Shown: positions 36,684 through 48,261, counted from the stretch's first letter. The stretch: DNA of 55,869 bases from Gemmatimonadota bacterium (GCA_035699465.1 DASSPT010000070.1:1-55869), one strand, 5' to 3'. Numbers and translations: made by a program. The notes: generated from the sequence alone by a model not told the origin.

Positions 36684-37430
36684 ATGAATCCGTTGGAGGA
36701 GAGGGCGCGAGCGATACAGGCGCACGGCAACCTTCCGCGCCATGTGGCCGTGATCATGGACGGCAACGGCCGCTGGGCCGAGCGGCGGGGACAGCCCAGG
36801 ATCTTCGGGCATCGGGCGGGGATGAAGTCGGTGCGCGCCGTGATCGAGGCGGCCGGCGATCTGGGAATCGGGGCGCTGACGCTGTACGCGTTCTCGAAGG
36901 AGAACTGGAAGCGGCCGCTGGCGGAGGTGGAGGCGCTCATGGGCCTGCTTCGCCGATACATGAAATCGGAGCGCGAAGAGCTGATCGAGCGGGGCGCTCG
37001 GATCGAGGCGATCGGCGACCTCGATCAGCTGGAAGGGGCTGCGCGATCGGAGCTCGACCGGCTGATCGAGGCCACCGCGCACTGCGACAGGCTGCGGGTG
37101 ACGCTCGCGCTGTCCTACGGCGGGCGAGCCGAGATCGTAGAGGCCGCAAGGCGAATCGCGCGCGCGGCGGTCGCGGGGAGCCTCGACCCGCAATGCCTCG
37201 ACGAGCCTGCGTTCGCCCGCTTTCTCTATAGCCCCGATCTGCCGGATCCCGATCTCCTAGTTCGAACCAGCGGCGAGATGCGGATCTCGAACTTCCTGCT
37301 GTGGCAGATCGCTTACGCGGAGCTCTACGTCACCGAGACACTGTGGCCGGACTTCGGACGCGAGGCGTTCTTCGAGGCGATCGAGGACTACCAGTCGCGC
37401 GAGCGGCGCTTCGGGCGGGTGATGGCGTGA
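36684..37430 (+). CDS. uppS: Undecaprenyl-diphosphate synthase (cis-isoprenyl transferase)
   Basis: 248 aa. HVAVIMDGNGRWA, FSKENWKRP, and RTSGEMRISNFLLWQ. Confidence 0.95.
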   Translation: MNPLEERARAIQAHGNLPRHVAVIMDGNGRWAERRGQPRIFGHRAGMKSVRAVIEAAGDLGIGALTLYAFSKENWKRPLAEVEALMGLLRRYMKSEREELIERGARIEAIGDLDQLEGAARSELDRLIEATAHCDRLRVTLALSYGGRAEIVEAARRIARAAVAGSLDPQCLDEPAFARFLYSPDLPDPDLLVRTSGEMRISNFLLWQIAYAELYVTETLWPDFGREAFFEAIEDYQSRERRFGRVMA

Positions 37431-38305
37431 GCGTCGGGGCGGGGCTCGCGCCGAGCCCCGGCCGCCAGGATCTCCGAAAGCGGCTCGTGACGGCGATCGT
37501 GCTGGGCCCACTGTTTCTGGGGGCCGTCGCGATCGGCGGAGTGGTCTTCCTGGCGGCGATCCTGGCTCTGGTCGGCGTCGGATCCTGGGAGTTTTTTCGC
37601 CTGGCTTCCCGGAAACGCCCTCGTCCCCGGAGCGTTCCCGGGGTCGGCATCGCGCTCCTTTTTCCCCTCCTTTTCTATCTGGCGCCCGCGAGTCCGATCA
37701 CCATTCCGGGCCTCGTCGTTCTGGCGGTAATCGGCGTGGCGCTCGCGCAGCTCCTGGACGGGGAGGCGGACGAGGCGATGGGAAGCGTGGCGATCACCGT
37801 CTACGGCGCGGCGTACGTGGGACTGCTCTTCGGACATTTCGTTCTGATCCGCGAGATCGGCCGCGTCGTTCCAGGAATGCCGTACTGGTGGGGGGGCGTG
37901 CTCGTCGGCATGACGGTCCTTCTGGCTTGGCTCAACGACTCCGCGGCGTACTTCATCGGCCACCGCTGGGGCAGGCACAAGCTGATTCCCAGGATCAGTC
38001 CTGGAAAGACGATCGAGGGCGCAGCGGGCGCTCTGATCGTGACGATGCTCGTCGCGGTGGGCGTGGTGCTGGCGGCCGGGAGCCGGATGCCGCTGCTCGC
38101 GCCCGCGGACGCGCTGGCGATCGGCGCGCTGGTCGCGGTAACGGGACCGATCGGCGACCTCGTCGAGTCGGCCTTCAAGCGCGATGCCGGGGTGAAGGAC
38201 GCGAGCGATCTCGTTCCCGGGCACGGAGGCATCCTCGACCGGTTCGACAGTCTGATGGCGGTCGTCCCCGCGGTCTGGTACTACCTGCGGATCGTGGTCC
38301 TGTGA
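37427..38305 (+). CDS. cdsA: Phosphatidate cytidylyltransferase
   Basis: GTG 37427 overlaps the uppS TGA. Signature SAFKRDAGVKDASDLVPGHGGILDRFDS. Confidence 0.9.
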   Translation: MSVGAGLAPSPGRQDLRKRLVTAIVLGPLFLGAVAIGGVVFLAAILALVGVGSWEFFRLASRKRPRPRSVPGVGIALLFPLLFYLAPASPITIPGLVVLAVIGVALAQLLDGEADEAMGSVAITVYGAAYVGLLFGHFVLIREIGRVVPGMPYWWGGVLVGMTVLLAWLNDSAAYFIGHRWGRHKLIPRISPGKTIEGAAGALIVTMLVAVGVVLAAGSRMPLLAPADALAIGALVAVTGPIGDLVESAFKRDAGVKDASDLVPGHGGILDRFDSLMAVVPAVWYYLRIVVL

Positions 38306-39489
38306 CGGTCCCGCGCGACCGGCTCGTGGTTCTGGGAGCGACGGGGTCGATCGGCGCCAGCGCGCTGGAGGTGGCGGCCGAGCTCGGCGACCGCATCGCG
38401 GTGGAGGGGCTCTCCTGCCACCGGGGATGGCGCGAGCTGGCGGCCCTCGTCGCCCGCTGGCGGCCGCGCGCGGTCGCGATCGCGGACGAGGACGCGTGGC
38501 GCGAGGCCAGGGCGGCGGCCGCGTTCCCGTCCGGGCTCGCGGTCCTGGGCGGGGCCACGGGGCTCTGCGAGCTGGCCGCAATGGACGGCGTCGACGTGGT
38601 CCTGAACGGGATCGTGGGGGCCGCCGGCCTGGAGGCGACGCTCGCCGCACTGAGCGCGGGCAAGCGGGTGGCGCTGGCCAACAAGGAGTCGCTGGTCGTG
38701 GGCGGCGATCTCGTGCGGGCCGCGGTCGGTGGCGACATGCTGGCCAGCGGGCGCGTCCTGCCGGTGGACAGCGAGCACAACGCCATCTGGCAGCTCCTCG
38801 CCGGGCGGCGGGGCGACGAAGTGCGCCGGATCGTGCTGACGGCGAGCGGCGGCCCCTTCCGGCGGACTCCGGCGGACCGGCTGGCGGCCGTGACCGCGGC
38901 GGAGGCGCTGGCGCATCCGACCTGGGACATGGGCCCCAAGATCTCCATCGACTCGGCCACGCTCGCCAACAAGGGTCTCGAGGTCATCGAGGCACACCAC
39001 CTGTTCGGGCTGCCATACGAGCGCATTGACGTGACGGTCCATCCGCAGTCGATCGTGCACGGTCTGGTCGAGTGGAAGGACGGGACTCTGTTCGCCGAGC
39101 TCGGCAAGCCGGACATGAAGCTCCCCATCCGTTCCGCGCTCGCCTGGCCGGATCGCGCGGAGGGCCCGGCGGCCGATCTCGCCGAGCTCGGCGGGCTGAC
39201 GTTCGAGCCTCCGGACTTCGAACGCTTTCCGGCGCTGGCGATCGCCCGCTCGGCGGGCGAAGCCGGAGGCACGGCCCCGGCCGTGTTCAACGCGGTGAAC
39301 GAGGTCGCGGTGGCACTGTTCCTGGACGGCAGGATCGGCTTCCTCGACATCCCCGCCCTCTGCGCCCGAGTTCTCGATGCACACGAGCCGCGCGCCGTCG
39401 ACTCCCTGGCGATGCTCATGGAAGTCGACCGCTGGGCGCGCGCGGAGGCGCTGGCCGTGCGGCCGGCGTCCTCGACGACGTACCTGTAA
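38302..39489 (+). CDS. dxr: 1-deoxy-D-xylulose-5-phosphate reductoisomerase
   Basis: GTG 38302 overlaps the cdsA TGA. VLGATGSIG, LANKESLV, and PVDSEHNAIWQ. Confidence 0.93.
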   Translation: MTVPRDRLVVLGATGSIGASALEVAAELGDRIAVEGLSCHRGWRELAALVARWRPRAVAIADEDAWREARAAAAFPSGLAVLGGATGLCELAAMDGVDVVLNGIVGAAGLEATLAALSAGKRVALANKESLVVGGDLVRAAVGGDMLASGRVLPVDSEHNAIWQLLAGRRGDEVRRIVLTASGGPFRRTPADRLAAVTAAEALAHPTWDMGPKISIDSATLANKGLEVIEAHHLFGLPYERIDVTVHPQSIVHGLVEWKDGTLFAELGKPDMKLPIRSALAWPDRAEGPAADLAELGGLTFEPPDFERFPALAIARSAGEAGGTAPAVFNAVNEVAVALFLDGRIGFLDIPALCARVLDAHEPRAVDSLAMLMEVDRWARAEALAVRPASSTTYL

Positions 39490-39596
39490 CGAGCGGGCAG
39501 GGGGAGGACGGTGCGGATATATTCCGCCTCCAGAAGATCCCCGCAGAGCCATGGCAACGGACCCGAACCGGGAACGCGGTGTAGACGGAATCTCAG

Positions 39597-40955
39597 ATGC
39601 AGACGTTGATCCTGACCATCATCGTGCTCGGCGTTCTCGTGTTCGTCCACGAGCTGGGTCACTTCGTGACGGCGAAGTGGGCGGGCGTGGGGGTTCCGCG
39701 CTTCTCGATCGGCCTCGGCCCCCGGCTCGTGGGAGTGCAGATCGGCGAGACCGACTACTGCATATCGGCCATCCCCTTCGGCGGCTACGTGAAGATGACG
39801 GGCATGGAGGGGGAGGAGGCCTTCGAGGGCCTGGAGGGCGGTGCGTCGGAGAGCGGGGAAGCCTCGGCGCCAGAGAAGCGGTTCGAGAACAAGAGCCTGG
39901 CCTGGCGGCTGGCGATTCTCTCGGCGGGCGTCGCCATGAACTTCCTCCTCGGATGGGTGATCTACGTCTCGCTCGCCTGGCACGACGGCATCCCGACGGT
40001 CAACGGGACCGCCGTTGCGCGCGTCGACTCGACGATCGCCGCGGCGCACCCCGAACTGGCCGCCGTCGCGGGCGAGACCATCCGGATGGTCGAGGGTCGC
40101 GGCGTGGCGAACTGGCACCAGCTGACCGAAACGATCCTCGAGGCGGAGGACGGCGCGTTGGAGATCGAGCTGGCGTCGGGCCAGTCGGTAACGCTACCGA
40201 TGACCGACGCGGGAGATCGCGAAGAGGTGGCCTACGCCCTGGTTCCGCTCGTCCCGTCGGTGATCGACGAGGTCCAGGACGGAAGCCCCGCCGCCCGCGG
40301 GGGAATCAAGCCCGGGGACAGGATCGTATCGATCGACGGGATCGAAACGCGGTCGTTCGATCGGGTCACCGAGGTGGTCCAGGCACGTCCCGACCAGATC
40401 CTGCCCGTCGTCGTGGAGCGCACCGTGGACGGGGCGACCCGCGAGCTTACCCTGACCATCGAGACCGGGGTCGATAAGGCGCCGCGGCCGACCGATGGCA
40501 AGTTCGTCGACGTGGGAATGCTGGGCGTGGCGCGGGAGAATGAGCGCATCCGTCTGAGCCCCATGGAATCCCTCGTAACCGGAACCACAGCCGCGGGCCG
40601 CGCGTCGATGCTCATCCTGAGCGGCCTTCGGGACATCGCGACGGGTGGCGTGAGCCTGAAGGCTGTCGGCGGTCCGGTGGCGATCGGTCAGCTCACCGGC
40701 CACTTCGCGCGCCAGGGAATGAGCAGCCTGCTCGGGTGGGTGGCTCTGTTCTCGATCAACCTCGCGATCCTCAACCTGCTGCCGATTCCGGTCCTGGACG
40801 GCGGTCACATCATGTTCCTCGGCATCGAGGCGCTCCGTCGGCGGCCGCTGTCGGCGACTCAGAAGCTCCGCCTTTCCCAGGTGGGTCTCGCGTTCCTGGT
40901 GCTGCTGATGGCCTGGGCCTTCACCGCGGACATCCTGCGCCTCGTCGGGTTCTAG
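39597..40955 (+). CDS. rseP: RIP site-2 metalloprotease RseP
   Basis: 452 aa. HELGHF zinc motif, PDZ domain (GIKPGDRIVSIDG), and NLLPIPVLDGGH. Confidence 0.93.
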   Translation: MQTLILTIIVLGVLVFVHELGHFVTAKWAGVGVPRFSIGLGPRLVGVQIGETDYCISAIPFGGYVKMTGMEGEEAFEGLEGGASESGEASAPEKRFENKSLAWRLAILSAGVAMNFLLGWVIYVSLAWHDGIPTVNGTAVARVDSTIAAAHPELAAVAGETIRMVEGRGVANWHQLTETILEAEDGALEIELASGQSVTLPMTDAGDREEVAYALVPLVPSVIDEVQDGSPAARGGIKPGDRIVSIDGIETRSFDRVTEVVQARPDQILPVVVERTVDGATRELTLTIETGVDKAPRPTDGKFVDVGMLGVARENERIRLSPMESLVTGTTAAGRASMLILSGLRDIATGGVSLKAVGGPVAIGQLTGHFARQGMSSLLGWVALFSINLAILNLLPIPVLDGGHIMFLGIEALRRRPLSATQKLRLSQVGLAFLVLLMAWAFTADILRLVGF

Positions 40956-40999
40956 TGCCGGGCCCGTCCGGTCCGGGACGCTAGCGCCAGGAAATCGCC

Positions 41000-42016
41000 A
41001 TTCCGCATCCGATCCTCCTCACCCTGACGACGGATCGCTCGGGCACCACGCTGCTGACGACCAGCTTTCGCTCGGGTTGGGGCGACCGCGCGCGGGTCGA
41101 GCACGAGCCGCTCGTCCACGCGGCGCGGCCGCGCCACCTGTTCCGCTGCTTCGACGCCGAGCGCCAGGATGCGGCGCTGAGGGATCCCGCGATCGGCGGG
41201 TTCGTGCGCGACGTCGCCCGCGTGTCCGACCGCAAGCCGGTCCTCATCTTCGGAAACACGATCTCCCATCTGGCGCCGGTCTTCCACCGTGTGCTCGGTA
41301 CGCGGATCCGTTTCCTGCACCTGCACCGGGATCCGGTCGTCACCGCGGCTTCGATGTACGTCAGGATAAAGCCCGAGTGGTGGCGCCGGCCGGCCTATGA
41401 GGATGATCCGAACGGCATGCGGATCACGCCCTTCGATCCGCACGCGAGGTTCGTCGAATACAGGGATCGATGGGCCGATCTCTCGCTGTTCGAGAGGATC
41501 CTCTACGAATGGGCCGAACGGCACGCCGCCGCGCTGGAGACGCACGAGCGACTGCCCGCCGCGCCGTTTCTCTCCGTGCTCTCGGAGGACCTGTTCGCGG
41601 CCCCTATCGCGGTAATCGAGAGGCTGGCGGCGTTCATGGGTCTCGAGCACCCGGAGCGAATCGCCGAAGTTGCCGCTCGACGCAACGCGACCTGGGACCG
41701 GTCCCGCGAGCAGCGCCCCCTCGGCGACGCCTGGCGCGCGTACGAGTCGCACCCCGCCGTCCTCACGCTCGCGGCGCGGCTCGGCCACCCGATCGACCCG
41801 GCGAGGCTCGAGCGTCAGATGGAGCGCTACCAGCTGCCGCCTGGCCTCCTGCCCTGGATCCGCCACACGACGAGGTATTGGGAGCTGCGCGGGCGCGCGG
41901 CGGGCTGGCTCAGAGAGCGGGGAATCGTCCCGGCCCCCTCCGACGCCATGCGTGGCTTGCCGCCTCGCCGACTCACGGGAGCGCTCCGCGAAGCGCTCCT
42001 TCGACGGAGAGGCTAG
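41000..42016 (+). CDS. Sulfotransferase 1 (PAPS-dependent family); start codon non-canonical or gene 5'-damaged
   Basis: The frame is open from 40985. It encodes ILLTLTTDRSGTTLLTTSF (5'-PSB loop) at 41012-41068, but the first ATG/GTG/TTG is GTG 41204, downstream of that loop. ATT 41000 follows AGGAAA (40989-40994). Confidence 0.6.
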   Translation: MPHPILLTLTTDRSGTTLLTTSFRSGWGDRARVEHEPLVHAARPRHLFRCFDAERQDAALRDPAIGGFVRDVARVSDRKPVLIFGNTISHLAPVFHRVLGTRIRFLHLHRDPVVTAASMYVRIKPEWWRRPAYEDDPNGMRITPFDPHARFVEYRDRWADLSLFERILYEWAERHAAALETHERLPAAPFLSVLSEDLFAAPIAVIERLAAFMGLEHPERIAEVAARRNATWDRSREQRPLGDAWRAYESHPAVLTLAARLGHPIDPARLERQMERYQLPPGLLPWIRHTTRYWELRGRAAGWLRERGIVPAPSDAMRGLPPRRLTGALREALLRRRG

Positions 42017-43021
42017 ATGGCGGACCGGCCCACTGGCGGAGGAGGCCGGAGCGGCTCCGGCGGCAAGGGGCGGGGCGGCAAGGGCCGCGGAGCCGGGGGC
42101 AAGGGCCGCGGACCCGGGGGCAAGGGCCGCGGCGGCGGCAAGGGCCGCGGACCCGGAGGCAAGGACCGCGGCGGCGGCAAGGGCCGCGGACCGGCAGGGA
42201 AAGGGCGCCCGGGAGGGAAGCGAGGTCACCCCGGCAAGCCGCGCGGTGCGGCAGTCGCGAACCGCGGCCGGGCGACGAGCCGGCCGCCCGTGCGGCAGCG
42301 GGGGCCGCGGCCGGAGGTCGTGATCTTCGCCAAGGCCCCCCTCCCGGGAACCGTGAAGACCCGGCTCACCCCTGCGCTCGGTGCCGACGAGGCGGCCGAT
42401 CTGTACCGGGCGCTCCTCGTCGATACGATCGAGGTCGCCGAATCCGCGGACGCGCGCCTGACGGTCGCTTTCACGCCGGCTACAAGCCGCCGCCACCTCG
42501 AGCGCCTCCTCGGGCCCCGGCGCCGGCTCCTCATCCAGCCGCCCGGAGATCTCGGCGAGCGCATCGAGGCGGTCGTGGGGCAGGTCCAGCGAAGCAAGGG
42601 GGCGCGCGTCATCGTCGTGGGAAGCGACTGCCCGGGGTTGACGACCGCGCGGATCGAAGAAGCGTGGAGCGCCCTGGCGGAGGTTCCGATCGTCCTCGGT
42701 CCGGCGGCCGACGGCGGCGCCTACCTGATCGGATTCGCGCGGCCGGCAGCCGGACTCCTGCGTGACGTTCCTTGGAGTACGGGCCGCGAACTCGGGGCGA
42801 TACGCGGCCGTCTCGCGGAACGAGGGATCGCACATCGCGAGCTCGCGCCTGAACGGGACCTCGACACGCCGCGCGATCTGTTCGAATGGTTCGTCGCGGC
42901 GCGCCAGGCGGGCCTAGAGTCGTCCTATCCGCGGACCTGGAAGACCCTTCACTCGCTGATGACTCCACGCCGGTCCGCGGAGATCGAAACGCAGTTGAGC
43001 GAATCCCGCCCTGCGACTTGA
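42017..43021 (+). CDS. DUF2064 (TIGR04282-like, CofC/MobA-fold) transferase-like protein with about 100-aa polycationic Gly/Lys/Arg repeat N-terminus
   Basis: 334 aa. The core begins VVIFAKAPLPGTVKTRL, with VGSDCPGL and AADGGAYLIG. The ATG directly abuts the upstream TAG. The alternative GTG 42320 would remove the repeat tail, but GGAGG lies only 2 nt from it. Confidence 0.75.
   Translation: MADRPTGGGGRSGSGGKGRGGKGRGAGGKGRGPGGKGRGGGKGRGPGGKDRGGGKGRGPAGKGRPGGKRGHPGKPRGAAVANRGRATSRPPVRQRGPRPEVVIFAKAPLPGTVKTRLTPALGADEAADLYRALLVDTIEVAESADARLTVAFTPATSRRHLERLLGPRRRLLIQPPGDLGERIEAVVGQVQRSKGARVIVVGSDCPGLTTARIEEAWSALAEVPIVLGPAADGGAYLIGFARPAAGLLRDVPWSTGRELGAIRGRLAERGIAHRELAPERDLDTPRDLFEWFVAARQAGLESSYPRTWKTLHSLMTPRRSAEIETQLSESRPAT
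42062..42250 (+). repeat. In-frame degenerate 15/18/21-nt tandem repeat encoding about 10 copies of GKGRG(x)(G)
   Basis: Units GGCAAGGGCCGCGGA(CCCGGG / GCCGGG / CGGC) repeat head to tail. The translation is GKGRGGKGRGAGGKGRGPGGKGRGGGKGRGPGGKDRGGGKGRGPAGKGRPGGKRGHPGKPRGA. Confidence 0.9.
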
Positions 43022-43100
43022 CTTGCGGCCATTACCGGGGGATCTTTCGCGCGAAGTCCGGGTCGACTTCGGGACCTTTACGCCGTACGAAGGAGACTGC

Positions 43101-43817
43101 GTGACACCATCGCCATCTGCGGCGCCAGTCCCGGCCACGACCACCGCAAGCCCTCTCTCGGTCGTGACAGGGGCCGCCGGTGAAGACCCCATCCCCCTTG
43201 AAAGCGAGTCCCTGCCGAAGCGGGCGTTGGACCTCGCCTTCGGGGGGTTTCTGCTGCTGGCGACCGCACCCGCCTGGCCGCTGATCGCCCTGGCGGTCAA
43301 GCTTGAGGACGGGGGCCCGGTTTTCTATCGTCAGCGCAGATGGGGGCAGGGCGGCAAGCTGTTCGAGCTGTTCAAGTTCCGCACAATGGTCCCGGACTCG
43401 GACGAGAAGCACGGAGTGGTCGAGGCTTGCGACGAGGACGATCGCGTCACGCGAGTGGGCGCCGTGCTGCGCAGCTTCGGCATCGACGAGCTGCCGCAGG
43501 TGCTCAATATCATGAAGGGGGAGATGAGCTTCGTCGGTCCGCGGCCGCTCGCGGTCGGAGAGGTGGTGCATGACGACGACGGGAACCCCACCGTTTGGGA
43601 CCGTTTGCCGGAGTTCCGGCGCCGGATGAGTGTCCGCCCGGGGCTGACCAGCCTGGCTACCCTGTATCTGCCCAAGGACGTGGAGCGCAGGAGGAAGTTC
43701 CGCTACGATCTGCTCTACATTCGGAAGCGGTCCCTGTGGCTCGACGTTCGTCTCATCGCACTGTCCCTGTGGGTCAGCGTTTCCGGTCGCTGGGAGACCC
43801 GCCAAGAGAAGATCTGA
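43101..43817 (+). CDS. Initiating phosphoglycosyl transferase (bacterial sugar transferase family, small monotopic type)
   Basis: GTG 43101 lies 5 nt after AGGAG. KRALDLAFGG, FELFKFRTM, and DELPQVLNIMKGEMSFVGPRP. Confidence 0.88.
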   Translation: MTPSPSAAPVPATTTASPLSVVTGAAGEDPIPLESESLPKRALDLAFGGFLLLATAPAWPLIALAVKLEDGGPVFYRQRRWGQGGKLFELFKFRTMVPDSDEKHGVVEACDEDDRVTRVGAVLRSFGIDELPQVLNIMKGEMSFVGPRPLAVGEVVHDDDGNPTVWDRLPEFRRRMSVRPGLTSLATLYLPKDVERRRKFRYDLLYIRKRSLWLDVRLIALSLWVSVSGRWETRQEKI

Positions 43818-43830
43818 CTCGAGGTCCGGC

Positions 43831-45980
<2,150 letters not shown>

Positions 45981-46082
45981 TCCTATCTCGCGGCATGACC
46001 GCCCGCCGTCGGGTCCGCGGCGAAGCCCTCCACATCGACCCAGGCTACGCCGATCACCAACCTAAATGAGGGAACGAGACCG

Positions 46083-46955
46083 ATGAGCGCGCAAGGCGGA
46101 CTCGATCGTACCGCGGATGACCGTTGGGTCACGGTACTGAGTCCGGAGACAAGATGGCTCGATTTCCGGCTCGGGGAGCTGTGGCGGTATCGGGACCTCG
46201 TCGCGCTGTTCGTCCGGCGTGACTTCCTGGCTCAGTACAAGCAGACTGTCCTGGGGCCCGCCTGGCACGTGATCCAGCCGATCCTGACGACCGTAACGTT
46301 CACGATCGTGTTCGGGCGCATCGCTCGCATCCCGACCGACAGCCTGCCACCCTTCCTGTTCTATTTCGCGGGCTACGTGATCTGGAGCTATTTCGCCACG
46401 ACGCTGGCCAAGATCTCGAACACGTTCATCGCGAATGCGAACATGTTCGGCAAGGTCTACTTCCCGCGCATGGCGATTCCGGTATCCATCTCCATATCCA
46501 GCATGATCTCCTTCGGAATCCAGTTCGCGCTCTTCCTCGGCTTCCTGGCGTATTTCCAGATGCGGGGAGCCCCGGTGGATCCCAACGCCTGGCTGCTGGC
46601 GTCCCCGCTGCTGGTCGTCCTGATGGGAGCGCTGGGGCTGGGCTTCGGCATCATCGTGTCGTCCTTGACTACGCGCTATCGCGACATGACCAATCTGGTG
46701 GCTTTCGGAGTCCAGCTCCTCATGTATGCGACGCCGATCGTATACCCATTGTCAGCGGTGCCGGAAAGGTATCGACTGGTCGTCCTCGTGAACCCGATGT
46801 CGGCGCTGGTGGAGGCTTTCCGGTTCGGCTTCCTGGGCGCCGGGACCGTGAGCGTCGGCCATCTGGCCTACAGCGTGGTGTTCACCGTCGCGATCCTGAT
46901 GTGCGGGGTCCTGCTGTTCAATCGAGTAGAACGCAATTTCATGGACACGGTCTAG
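46083..46955 (+). CDS. wzm: ABC-2 type polysaccharide export permease
   Basis: 290 aa. RDFLAQYKQTVLGPAWHVIQP N-terminal signature and six TM helices. Confidence 0.88.
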   Translation: MSAQGGLDRTADDRWVTVLSPETRWLDFRLGELWRYRDLVALFVRRDFLAQYKQTVLGPAWHVIQPILTTVTFTIVFGRIARIPTDSLPPFLFYFAGYVIWSYFATTLAKISNTFIANANMFGKVYFPRMAIPVSISISSMISFGIQFALFLGFLAYFQMRGAPVDPNAWLLASPLLVVLMGALGLGFGIIVSSLTTRYRDMTNLVAFGVQLLMYATPIVYPLSAVPERYRLVVLVNPMSALVEAFRFGFLGAGTVSVGHLAYSVVFTVAILMCGVLLFNRVERNFMDTV

Positions 46956-46971
46956 AGGTGAGAGGGCAGGC

Positions 46972-48252
46972 ATGAGCGTGATTCGCGTCGACAACGTATC
47001 CAAGCAGTATCGCCTGGGTATGATCGGCGCCAGCACCCTGAGGGAAGACCTGCAGCGCTGGTGGCATCGCACCAGGAACGACGAAGAACCTTGGAAGGTC
47101 GGCGAGAAAATCCCGCCCGGAGGCGGCAACGGGGACCGCATCTGGGCGCTCCGTGGCGTCGACTTCGGCATCGACGCGGGTGAGGTCGTCGGACTGGTGG
47201 GCGAGAACGGAGCCGGCAAGAGCACACTGTTGAAGATCCTCTCCCGGATCACCGTCCCCACGACGGGCAGGATCGAGCTGCACGGCCGCGTGGGCAGCCT
47301 GCTCGAAGTCGGCACGGGCTTCCACCCCGAGCTCACCGGACGCGAGAACGTGTTCCTGAACGGCGCGATCCTCGGCATGACGAAGGCGGAGATCCAGCGG
47401 AAGTTCGACGCGATAGTCGAATTCTCCGGCGTGGAGAGGTTCATGGACACACCGGTGAAACGGTACTCCTCGGGTATGCGGGTGCGGCTCGCGTTCGCGA
47501 TCGCCGCTCATCTGGAACCGGAGATCCTGCTGGTCGACGAGGTCCTCGCCGTGGGCGACGCTGCCTTCCAGAAGCGGTGCCTCGGCAAGCTCGACGAAGT
47601 GTCCAAAGAGGGCCGGACGGTGATCTTCGTCAGCCATCACATGTCCGCGATCGCTTCTCTCTGTAAGCGCGCGATCCTGTTGAAGGATGGGCAGGTACTG
47701 ATGGACGGCCCCGCGGCCGAGACCATCGACCGCTACCTCTCTTCGAATCCGAGCAGCGGTCCCCGGTACGGGGAAGTTCGATTCTCGAGCGAGGGGAAGG
47801 CGGGTCCCTTTCAGCTCCTGGCTGTCAGGACGTGTTCCATGGACGGCGAGATCCGTTCCGATTTCAAGAGCCAGGAGCCCGTGGTCGTGGAAATGGAGTT
47901 CAACCTCCTGCAACCTTTGCCCTTCCTGAAGATAGGCTTCGAGCTGCACGCGCTGACCGGGGGCCTCGTGTTCCAGACATTCCACAACGATCGAGAAGAG
48001 CTTCTGACCGGGTCAAGTCGGGACGCGGCGCAGATCCTTCAGGCCATCATTCCCGCCGACCTCCTGAACGGCGGCATCTACCATGTATACCCCTGTGTCA
48101 CGATCCACGGCCGCGAGTGGCTGGTGAAGGACGTCGAAGGCCCCGCCATAAACGTCGTTTACGACGTGCCGAACCCGGACTACGTGGTGCTCGGACGGCC
48201 GGGGGAGATCGCGCCCCTGCTGACCTGGCAAGTCGTGCCTGCGCGCGCGTGA
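46972..48252 (+). CDS. wzt: Polysaccharide ABC exporter ATPase with about 170-aa C-terminal extension
   Basis: 426 aa. Walker A GENGAGKST, signature YSSGMRVRL and Walker B LLVDEVLA. The extra C-terminal beta-rich domain resembles the Wzt glycan-cap-binding domain in its placement. Confidence 0.88.
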   Translation: MSVIRVDNVSKQYRLGMIGASTLREDLQRWWHRTRNDEEPWKVGEKIPPGGGNGDRIWALRGVDFGIDAGEVVGLVGENGAGKSTLLKILSRITVPTTGRIELHGRVGSLLEVGTGFHPELTGRENVFLNGAILGMTKAEIQRKFDAIVEFSGVERFMDTPVKRYSSGMRVRLAFAIAAHLEPEILLVDEVLAVGDAAFQKRCLGKLDEVSKEGRTVIFVSHHMSAIASLCKRAILLKDGQVLMDGPAAETIDRYLSSNPSSGPRYGEVRFSSEGKAGPFQLLAVRTCSMDGEIRSDFKSQEPVVVEMEFNLLQPLPFLKIGFELHALTGGLVFQTFHNDREELLTGSSRDAAQILQAIIPADLLNGGIYHVYPCVTIHGREWLVKDVEGPAINVVYDVPNPDYVVLGRPGEIAPLLTWQVVPARA

Positions 48253-48261
48253 GCGGGACAC

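Noticed and set aside
39503-39531. Hairpin after the dxr stop (GGAGG...GCGGA-TATAT-TCCGC-CTCC) as a terminator.
   Set aside because: It has an asymmetric internal loop and no downstream U tract, and rseP follows in the same conserved operon. This is too weak to call.
42062-42250. Short tandem repeats that could superficially suggest a CRISPR-like or satellite array.
   Set aside because: The units are contiguous with no spacers, in frame, 15-21 nt long, and encode GKGRG peptide repeats. They are a coding low-complexity repeat, not a CRISPR array.
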